Positions 57,130 through 64,000 of a DNA stretch of 64,000 nucleotides are shown one piece after another. The DNA lies in assembly GCA_910588545.1 (NCBI GenBank), contig CAJUOU010000001.1, positions 308,357 through 372,356 of the forward strand. The letters are read 5' to 3'. The notes under the pieces are model-generated. The model made no database searches and had not been told where the DNA came from. It saw only the letters and a list, made by a program, of their open reading frames with translations. Position 1 is the stretch's first letter, and each line of letters opens with the position of its first letter. The translations under genes and the position numbers were made by a program. This DNA is from an uncultured Christensenellaceae bacterium (GTDB lineage Bacteria; Bacillota; Clostridia; Christensenellales; UBA3700).

Positions 57130-58057
57130 TAAAATATTAGGGCTACTTGTAGATTCAAAAGAGTATTTGAGTGGCGAATGCATAGGCGAAAAACTTGGTA
57201 TAAGTAGAATTGCCGTAAATAAGCATATAAAAAAATTAATTTCTAATGGTATAGATATTGAAATTGGGAGAAAAGGATATAAATATAAAGACAGTGATAG
57301 TTTGACAGTGCAGACTTTGAGCAAAAAGTTACTGAAAAGCGGTATAGATATCCCTATATTTATTAACGAGGTAGAAAGTACCAATACCGAAGTCAAAAAA
57401 TTATATCCCGAAATCAATAAAGATTTTTTGTTTGTTGCACCTAGGCAGATAAGCGGTCGAGGCAGGCTTGACAGGACTTTTGTATCGGGCTACGGCGGTG
57501 TTTACATGACTCTTTGTTACAAACCAAAAAAGTTATTGGTATCAGACTCGTTAAAATTGGTATTGCTTACAGGCCTTGCGGTTGCGAAAGTGCTTAAAAA
57601 ATATACCGAAAATGTTACTATAAAATGGCCGAACGATGTTTTTGTAAACGGCAAAAAAATATGCGGTATACTATTGGAGTCGGTTATAACAGAAAATATA
57701 ACCGAAGCTGTATTTTTGGGAATTGGCGTCAATATTACCAATGATATTCCAAAGGACTTACAGTCTAAAGCAACTTCTTTAAAATTGGAAAATCTTGAAT
57801 TAGTACCAAGGGAACAGTTGATTTGTGAGATTATTGAACTGTTGTATCAAATGCTTGCTTTGTATCAGGAAAAAGGTTTTGAGCCGTTTATCAAAGAATA
57901 TACCGACTTATCCATAAGTATTAATCACAATGTGGTTGTAAATGTTGGAGACAGCAAAAAAAGCGGATTTGGCATGGGGCTTAGCGAAGAGGGGTACTTG
58001 TTGATTGAAAATAACGGTATCATAGAAAAAATTATATTGGGCGATATAGAGGTGTAA
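57113..58057 (+). CDS. birA: bifunctional biotin-[acetyl-CoA-carboxylase] ligase / biotin operon repressor
   Basis: N-terminal wHTH (LSGECIGEKLGISRIAVNKHIKKL) plus ligase core (GRGRLDR, KWPNDV, KICGILLE). TTG start overlaps the end of recX. Confidence 0.9.
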   Translation: MEKTIDKILGLLVDSKEYLSGECIGEKLGISRIAVNKHIKKLISNGIDIEIGRKGYKYKDSDSLTVQTLSKKLLKSGIDIPIFINEVESTNTEVKKLYPEINKDFLFVAPRQISGRGRLDRTFVSGYGGVYMTLCYKPKKLLVSDSLKLVLLTGLAVAKVLKKYTENVTIKWPNDVFVNGKKICGILLESVITENITEAVFLGIGVNITNDIPKDLQSKATSLKLENLELVPREQLICEIIELLYQMLALYQEKGFEPFIKEYTDLSISINHNVVVNVGDSKKSGFGMGLSEEGYLLIENNGIIEKIILGDIEV

Positions 58058-58058
58058 A

Positions 58059-58949
58059 ATGCTTGATTTTTTTAAGATAGGTAATGTAGAAAGCAAAACA
58101 AAATCTACAGGTGTTACCGTGATTTTGGCGGAACAAGGAGCGACAGGCGGTGTAAGCGTGCGTGGCAGCAGTCCTGCAACTCGTGAAACGGATTTGTTAA
58201 AGTCGGAAAATGCTGTAGAAAAAGTAAATGCGGTTTTTTTGAGCGGTGGCAGTGCTTTTGGATTGGACTGTGCAAGCGGAATTGTTCATTATCTTGCGGA
58301 AAAAGGTATAGGATATCAAACTTCCGTAATGCCTGTGCCTATTGTTTGCGGTGCATGTCTTTACGATTTGGAATATAAAAATGCAGGCTTTCCCGATAAA
58401 GAACTTGGCTATAAAGCTTGTGAAAATGCAAAACCCGGCAATTTTGAGAACGGAAACGTAGGTGCAGGTTGCGGTGCTACTGTGGGTAAAGTACTTGGTG
58501 CAATGTCTGCATCCAAAGGCGGACTTGGTTTTGCGACTTTTGCGTTTGATGACGGTGTTGAAATGTGTGCAATCGTAGCCGTCAATGCTTTTGGGGACAT
58601 TTATGACTTCCGTAACGGTCAAAAAGTTAGCGGTGCTGTTGTAGGTGGAAAAAGTATAGATATCATCGATTTGTTAAATTATGATAGAAAAATGTTGCAA
58701 TCTTTAGGACAAAATACTACAATCGGTTGTATTTTAACAAATGCAAAGCTTACAAAAAGCGAGGCAAATAAGCTTGCTGATATAGCACATGACGGATACG
58801 CAATGACAATAAAGCCGTCGCATACTATGGTGGATGGAGATGCGATTTTTGCTTTGGCAAGTGGCGAAGTTGAGGGGGATTTTATGAAAATCTCTTGCTA
58901 TGCACCGACTTTGATGGCAAGAGCGGTGCTAAATGCCTTTGGCAAATAA
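58059..58949 (+). CDS. peptidase family S58 (DmpA/P1 aminopeptidase-like)
   Basis: Ntn-hydrolase pattern (GVTVILAE...RGSSPATRETDLL...LSGGSAFGL...NTTIGCILTNAKL). Confidence 0.8.
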   Translation: MLDFFKIGNVESKTKSTGVTVILAEQGATGGVSVRGSSPATRETDLLKSENAVEKVNAVFLSGGSAFGLDCASGIVHYLAEKGIGYQTSVMPVPIVCGACLYDLEYKNAGFPDKELGYKACENAKPGNFENGNVGAGCGATVGKVLGAMSASKGGLGFATFAFDDGVEMCAIVAVNAFGDIYDFRNGQKVSGAVVGGKSIDIIDLLNYDRKMLQSLGQNTTIGCILTNAKLTKSEANKLADIAHDGYAMTIKPSHTMVDGDAIFALASGEVEGDFMKISCYAPTLMARAVLNAFGK

Positions 58950-58968
58950 TTAAACAAATGGTAAATAT

Positions 58969-60435
58969 ATGGATTATGCTATTAGTAGTGAAAGTATGAA
59001 ACTTTCAGATGAAAATACAATAATAAATAATGGTGTGAGTGCAATTACTCTTATGGATAGGGCGTCTCACGCCATTTTTAATGAAATAATAAAGGACGAT
59101 TATCAAAATATTGCCGTTGTTTGTGGCAGCGGAAATAACGGAGGGGATGGTTATAGCTTAAGTTTAAAGCTTTTAGACAGTGGAAAAAATGTAACAGTCT
59201 ATGGTAAGGAGCCCAAAACAGAAAGCAGTAAATATTATTTCGATATACTTATCAAAAGGTATAAAATTGCCTATAAACCTATTTGTGAAATGCAGGAACT
59301 AGATAAATTCGATTTGGTCGTTGATTGCCTTTTGGGGATTGGTATAACAGGCGAATTGTCGGAAGAGTATATTGCATACATTAAACTTATAAATAAAGGC
59401 AAGTATATTATAAGTTGCGATATACCAAGCGGATTAAACAGCGACAATGGTAAAAAATCGCCTATTGCAGTAAAAGCGGATAAAACTATAGCCATACAAA
59501 GTTATAAAACAGGCCATTTTCTAGGGGACGGCAAAGATTATGTGGGGAAAATTAAAGTTTGTGACATTGGAATAACTATTGTTGGAAAGAAATTTTATAT
59601 TTGCGATAGTGATTTTGTCAGAAGTTCTTTTCCAGAAAAATCAAACAATAGCCATAAAGGGAACTTTGGCAGGTGTGGTATAGTCGCTTGTTCCGAAAAT
59701 TTTGTCGGAGCCGGTTTGCTTTCGGTTACAGCACTTGCAAGTACTATGGGCGAGTGTGCAATGCGTGTGGGTAGTGGATACAGTTATTTGTTTGTTCCCG
59801 ATAAAATGTTACCTGCTATGTGGGGCAGAGTAACACACGCCTGCGTGTTTAGTCATAGTGATTTGTTAAAGCATAATCTTGATAGTATTGCATTTGGAAT
59901 GGGTATTGGTAAAAATAAAAAACTATTTGACAATGTAGCTGATTATCCTTGCGTTAAAGTTCTGGATGCGGACGGATTGAATATGTTATCTCAGGATATG
60001 GCTAAAATTGACAAATTTAAAGGTTGTGTTTTGACACCTCATGTAATGGAATTCAGCAGGCTAACAAAACAATCGGTGCGAGATATTTTGCAAAATCCTA
60101 TACGGCTTGCAGAGCAGTTTGCACAAAAATATCAAGTGGTTTTGTTGCTTAAAGGGGCTACTTCCGTAATTACTGACGGGAAGGAAACTTACCTTAATAT
60201 TGCAGGAAACAGCGGCATGGCAAAAGGTGGCTCGGGGGATGTTTTATCGGGTATAATTGCAGGCCTTTTGGCACAAAAATTTGCCCCTTTAAAAAGTGCG
60301 GTATTGGCAGCTTATATTGCAGGAAAAACTGCGGATAACGTTAAAAATATGTCTTCCGAATATTCAATGTTGCCTATGGATTGTGCATTAGATGTTGGTT
60401 ACACTTTGAGTAAAATTTTAAAAAGAGAATTGTGA
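58969..60435 (+). CDS. nnr: bifunctional NAD(P)H-hydrate repair enzyme (epimerase + ADP-dependent dehydratase)
   Basis: YjeF_N motif CGSGNNGGDGY plus C-terminal carbohydrate-kinase motifs (SHKGNFGR, GGSGDVLSG). Confidence 0.92.
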   Translation: MDYAISSESMKLSDENTIINNGVSAITLMDRASHAIFNEIIKDDYQNIAVVCGSGNNGGDGYSLSLKLLDSGKNVTVYGKEPKTESSKYYFDILIKRYKIAYKPICEMQELDKFDLVVDCLLGIGITGELSEEYIAYIKLINKGKYIISCDIPSGLNSDNGKKSPIAVKADKTIAIQSYKTGHFLGDGKDYVGKIKVCDIGITIVGKKFYICDSDFVRSSFPEKSNNSHKGNFGRCGIVACSENFVGAGLLSVTALASTMGECAMRVGSGYSYLFVPDKMLPAMWGRVTHACVFSHSDLLKHNLDSIAFGMGIGKNKKLFDNVADYPCVKVLDADGLNMLSQDMAKIDKFKGCVLTPHVMEFSRLTKQSVRDILQNPIRLAEQFAQKYQVVLLLKGATSVITDGKETYLNIAGNSGMAKGGSGDVLSGIIAGLLAQKFAPLKSAVLAAYIAGKTADNVKNMSSEYSMLPMDCALDVGYTLSKILKREL

Positions 60436-60564
60436 TAATTATAAAAATAGCTCTAATTTATAAGAAAAATCATAAAAGTATTATAAAATAAGTGTGATTT
60501 TATAATAAAATTGCTTTAAATCTAAATTTTATGTAAAGTTATTTTCAAGTTGATAAACATAATT

Positions 60565-60607
60565 AAAAATAGGTTTTGACAAGATTTTTTTGTCAAAACC
60601 TATTTGT
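60565..60607. terminator. bidirectional terminator shared by nnr and mazF
   Basis: 13-bp stem ATAGGTTTTGACA/TGTCAAAACCTAT with AT-rich flanks on both sides. It abuts the mazF stop codon. Confidence 0.8.
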
Positions 60608-60954
60608 TATTCAAAGAATCCTAAGCTTACCAGCAATGCATCGTTTACCTTTTTTATCACACTTAAATCTTCGATTTCGCCTACCTTTTCCTTTAGTCGT
60701 TTTTTATCCAATGTTCTTAGCTGTTCAAGCAGAATTACCGAATCTTTTTGCAACCCGAAATCTCCGCTTTTCAGCTCTATGTGGGTTGGTAGCTTTGCTT
60801 TATTTATTTGACTTGTGATTGCGGCGACTATAACGGTAGGGCTGTATTTATTGCCGATGTCATTTTGTACAATAAGTATAGGACGTACTCCTCCTTGTTC
60901 ACTTCCTACCACAGGGCTTAAGTCTGCGTAATATATTTCTCCTCTTTTTATCAT
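60607..60954 (-). CDS. mazF: MazF/EndoA (PemK-family) endoribonuclease toxin
   Basis: [61 protein letters not shown] closely resembles B. subtilis NdoA/EndoA as I remember it. AAGGAG RBS. Confidence 0.92.
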   Translation of the reverse strand: MIKRGEIYYADLSPVVGSEQGGVRPILIVQNDIGNKYSPTVIVAAITSQINKAKLPTHIELKSGDFGLQKDSVILLEQLRTLDKKRLKEKVGEIEDLSVIKKVNDALLVSLGFFE

Positions 60955-61121
60955 ATTACTCCTTTGCCACCATTATATGATATGTATATGGCTGTTTTTT
61001 TTCTACTGATATTCAGTTTAAGTATTGCCACATTAATTTAGTTCATACTTTTGTTAACGCCGTTTTTTGACGAAAATTTGAAATGATATTTTGTTTATTT
61101 TTATATTTTTTTTCAAATAAC

Positions 61122-61150
61122 TTGATTTTATTATAAATATATATTATAAT
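61122..61150 (+). promoter_or_regulatory. sigma-A-like promoter of the Wzz-like gene
   Basis: TTGATT at 61122-61127, 17-nt spacer, TATAAT at 61145-61150. Confidence 0.5.
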
Positions 61151-61216
61151 TGTTACATAATCTTGATTAATCATTGTTTTAGTTTGACTTAAAACTAATG
61201 ATGTTAAAGGAGAAAT

Positions 61217-62020
61217 ATGTGCAGTCTTTCTAACATTATAAAAAGTTTTTTAATGAAATTATATGTGTTTGTTATAATGTTTGCGCTGGTATTCAGTGTC
61301 AGCTTTTTAATAAATTTGATAAACAATAGACCTACTTTAATTGACAAAGGCAGCTATATAAGTGTGGGGGAATTAGCTGTTTCATCTAACTCAATTAATA
61401 GCAATGACAATTTGGATACTTATATGAATAATGTTGTGGAGCGTTCAAAGAGTAACGAATTTATAGGTAAAATCGAAACTCAAATAAAATCGGAAATGGA
61501 AGTTCTTAATATTTTGGCAGACTTAAATTTGACTGAAGAAAATAAAAACGAAATTAAAACTTTGACAAAAGGAGACATAAAGTCAAATCTTTTAATTGAA
61601 ATAAAAGAAAAAACAACGATATTTATCATCAGTTATTCAAACAAGACTGCAGCGGTTGCTCAAGCAGTCAACAGAGTAATCATAAAAACTGTTTACGACA
61701 CTCTAGATAACGATACCGACAATATTTTGAGCGGTAGCATTGATAAAGACGGTGTAAAATTGAGCTTTCATATCGACAGTGATGCTAGTTTGCCTACTAC
61801 ACTAACAAGCAGTAACAAAATAAACACAAACAGTTCGATAAACTTTTTAAAAATTACCATTATAAGTTTTGCTCTTTACTTTATTTATGTTTTGCTTATC
61901 GATTTTGCGATAGGATTTATTTCAAGCAAGCAACAAGCAAGAACTTTGGTTAAAGTTGATATCATTTCGGAAATAGAAATGCCATATTTGAAAAATCGTA
62001 AAAAAAAGGAGGAAATGTAA
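61217..62020 (+). CDS. Wzz/CpsC-like polysaccharide co-polymerase family membrane protein
   Basis: N- and C-terminal TM helices flank a ~170-aa extracytoplasmic segment (...TIFIISYSNKTAAVAQAVNRVI...). AAAGGAG RBS. Confidence 0.55.
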   Translation: MCSLSNIIKSFLMKLYVFVIMFALVFSVSFLINLINNRPTLIDKGSYISVGELAVSSNSINSNDNLDTYMNNVVERSKSNEFIGKIETQIKSEMEVLNILADLNLTEENKNEIKTLTKGDIKSNLLIEIKEKTTIFIISYSNKTAAVAQAVNRVIIKTVYDTLDNDTDNILSGSIDKDGVKLSFHIDSDASLPTTLTSSNKINTNSSINFLKITIISFALYFIYVLLIDFAIGFISSKQQARTLVKVDIISEIEMPYLKNRKKKEEM

Positions 62021-62021
62021 T

Positions 62022-62594
62022 ATGTTAAAGCAAAATGGTATAAATAAAAGCTTATTAAGTACAGAGAATATTGTAAATTCCTCCGACTATGAAAATTTTG
62101 CAATGCAACTTTTAAATAGAAAAAATAAGGGAACAAATGTAATAGCATTGACTTGCGATATAAAGACATCCGATATAACTGCGATTGTATGCTTAAATGT
62201 GGGGTTTAATTTGAAAAAACACGGCAATAATGTTTTGGTTATCAACATGGATACTCACAATATCGCATTTAACGATTTGTTGGAAAGTCAAAGCAATGAT
62301 GATAGGGTAGTAAGTTATGGAGATATTGACGTGTTGCTACCGCAATCTACCGATTTTACGCAAAATTTATCGTTGGAAGATTTTAAAAGTAAATATTCCG
62401 AGTATGATTTTGTGATTTTGTGCGTACCATCTCCTAAATATGAGTCTAACTATCTTGCAGTACCTAAAAACACAGATTTTTATTTGCTTGTTACAAAATT
62501 TTTCTCAAGTTATTTTGCTGCAAACAAATGTATCGATTTGATTGAGGCTATTGATAGCAAAGTACTTGGTAGCGTATATATAAAATTAAAATAA
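62022..62594 (+). CDS. CpsD/BY-kinase-like P-loop-fold protein with degenerate Walker motifs
   Basis: Layout VIALTCDIKTSDIT (Walker A position), VLVINMDTHN (A') and YDFVILCVPSP (B position). No C-terminal Tyr cluster. Start is 1 nt after the Wzz-like stop. Confidence 0.5.
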   Translation: MLKQNGINKSLLSTENIVNSSDYENFAMQLLNRKNKGTNVIALTCDIKTSDITAIVCLNVGFNLKKHGNNVLVINMDTHNIAFNDLLESQSNDDRVVSYGDIDVLLPQSTDFTQNLSLEDFKSKYSEYDFVILCVPSPKYESNYLAVPKNTDFYLLVTKFFSSYFAANKCIDLIEAIDSKVLGSVYIKLK

Positions 62595-62657
62595 GTAGTA
62601 AAAAAGCTTGTTTTTTGTTAATTGACAAAGCTATTCGGGCAGTTTGTCGGAGGTTTT

Positions 62658-63446
62658 ATGAAAATCGGAATATCTACAGCGTCATTTTTTACAAATGTAA
62701 ATACTGAGGACTGTTTTGCCTGTCTAAAAGATTTTAAAGCACCTGTTTGTGAGGTGTTTTTATCTAGTTTTAGTGAGTATGAGGGCAAAATTGCTGATAA
62801 AATCGTACAAAATAAATGTGTTGACGTGCACTCGATTCATACCTTGACAAACCAATTTGAGCCGGAATTGTTCAGTTTAAACCCGCGTGCACAACAAGAT
62901 TCCATGACTATTTTTAATAAAGTTTTGGCACTTGGACAAAGGCTTGGGGCTAAATATTACACTTTTCATGGTGCGACAAGACTGAAAAAGGTTAATTACA
63001 ATTTTGACTATCAAAGACTTGGCGGGATTGTTAATAATTTAATGGAAACCGCACAAAACTATGGTATTTGCTTTAGTTACGAGACTGTGCATTGGACATA
63101 TTTTAGCGAGCCGGAGTATTTTGTTAACTTAAAAAAACAATGTCCTAATCTTAAAGCAACGCTTGATATTAAACAAATTATGCAAGCAGGCGGGGATTAT
63201 AGGCAGTTTTTAAATGTTATAGGTAGCGATTTGACTACCGTACATTTATGCGATTATGATGCAAACAAAAAATTATTTATTCCCGGAAGAGGCGAGTTTG
63301 ATTTTGTAGAACTCTTTAAAAGATTAAATGACTTAGGTTTTGACGGGGCTTGCTTGATGGAAGTTTATCCGCAAGGATACAAAGACCTTGACGAATTAAA
63401 AACATCTTACGATTATTTGCTAGATTGTTACCAAAAAGCAAGATAA
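62658..63446 (+). CDS. sugar phosphate isomerase/epimerase (xylose-isomerase-like TIM barrel)
   Basis: MKIGISTASF..., YYTFHG and YETVHW patterns. Start moved to ATG 62658 (GGAGG RBS). Confidence 0.7.
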   Translation: MKIGISTASFFTNVNTEDCFACLKDFKAPVCEVFLSSFSEYEGKIADKIVQNKCVDVHSIHTLTNQFEPELFSLNPRAQQDSMTIFNKVLALGQRLGAKYYTFHGATRLKKVNYNFDYQRLGGIVNNLMETAQNYGICFSYETVHWTYFSEPEYFVNLKKQCPNLKATLDIKQIMQAGGDYRQFLNVIGSDLTTVHLCDYDANKKLFIPGRGEFDFVELFKRLNDLGFDGACLMEVYPQGYKDLDELKTSYDYLLDCYQKAR

Positions 63447-63502
63447 TTTAACTATTTGATTAAAAAAAATATATATTAAAATTTTAACCATTGGAGGAAT
63501 AT

Positions 63503-64000
63503 ATGGATAAAAATAAAATTAGATTGGATTACAATAATATGATGGCAGATGTAATCGGTAGTAAAGGTTTTACTTCGGCTGATTTTGACGCAGTAGCTGA
63601 CAGAGTAGACTTTGCAGTAGATTATTTCAATGAAAAGAAAGGCACCGGATTTATGGGCTGGACAAAGTTGCATGACGAGCAAGATGCTGTGGTTGAGGAT
63701 ATTATCAAAACAGCGGAAGAAGTTCGTAGCAAGTTTAAAAACTTTGTAGTTTTGGGTATCGGTGGCTCTGCTTTAGGTCCTATTTCGGCTTTCCAAGCTC
63801 TTTGCCATTTACATCACAACGAAGTTAACCAAGGTCGCAGAAAAAATGCACCTAAATTTTATGTGGAGGATAATGTTGACCCTGAAAGAATGGTTGCATT
63901 GTTAAACACTATCAAACTAAAAGACAGCTGCTTTAACGTTATTACAAAAAGCGGCTCTACAAGTGAAACTATGACTCAATATTTGGTAATCAAAGATGCT
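63503..64000 (+). CDS. pgi: glucose-6-phosphate isomerase, 5' part (runs off the window)
   Basis: Not in the ORF track because it has no stop. My translation is MDKNKIRLDYNN...FVVLGIGGSALGP...ITKSGSTSETM. GGAGG RBS at 63493-63497. Confidence 0.88.
   Translation, partial: MDKNKIRLDYNNMMADVIGSKGFTSADFDAVADRVDFAVDYFNEKKGTGFMGWTKLHDEQDAVVEDIIKTAEEVRSKFKNFVVLGIGGSALGPISAFQALCHLHHNEVNQGRRKNAPKFYVEDNVDPERMVALLNTIKLKDSCFNVITKSGSTSETMTQYLVIKDA

Noticed and set aside
61043-61174. A 43-aa minus-strand ORF (MINQDYVTIIIYIYNKIKLFEKKYKNKQNIISNFRQKTALTKV) upstream of mazF, considered as a possible antitoxin.
   Set aside because: - It has no Shine-Dalgarno sequence.
- It ends 88 nt before the toxin start, so it is not coupled.
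- It overlaps the plus-strand promoter of the Wzz-like gene.
- Its composition is what AT-rich spacer translates to.
- It shows no RHH- or AbrB-like pattern.
- I kept it only as something to test in the mazF finding.

Overview
This 64-kb window comes from a low-GC Firmicute and reads as standard genetic code 11. Its gene order looks Clostridia-like. About 59 of roughly 70 genes lie on the + strand.

Most of the window is conserved housekeeping core:
- rpsB-tsf-pyrH-frr-uppS-cdsA-dxr-rseP-ispG, then a PolC-related gene, then rimP-nusA-ylxR-ylxQ-infB-rbfA-nrnA-truB-ribF
- a Xaa-Pro peptidase gene, then efp
- ruvCAB-queA-tgt-yajC
- a compact shikimate operon: aroE-aroK-aroQ-aroB::aroA-aroC-chorismate mutase
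- a GTP-dependent PEPCK gene
- plsX-rnc-prmA-rsmE-mtaB, a HIT-family gene, rpsU, recX-birA, nnr, and the 5' end of pgi

Four less conserved patches interrupt this core:
1. 18.7-21.3 kb: a TIM-barrel gene and two tandem paralogous membrane-protein genes on the minus strand. The two genes share a 292-bp stretch of perfect identity.
2. 28.6-39.2 kb: a mixed-strand accessory block. It holds a DUF4874/DUF4832-like lipoprotein, an XRE regulator, a thyA-folA-GNAT cluster, a DUF1349 gene, an FAD oxidoreductase, two tRNA-Ser genes flanking a signal-less amidase, a second GNAT, paired palindromes and a lipoprotein.
3. 47.6-49.1 kb: a multiply frameshifted paralog of the DUF4874/DUF4832 gene.
4. 60.6-62.6 kb: an antitoxin-less mazF/ndoA and a Wzz-like protein paired with a degenerate BY-kinase-like protein.

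I saw no CRISPR array, transposase, integrase, rRNA or recognisable riboswitch.

The points most worth follow-up are:
- a 506-aa 'PolC without polymerase' protein sitting exactly at the syntenic polC position
- the partly homogenised tandem paralogs
- a recurrent intergenic motif, AAAATCGGTACTAA
- the orphan MazF toxin
- the Wzz/pseudo-kinase pair

All calls come from reading the translations and the DNA by eye. No database search or numerical GC calculation was possible.
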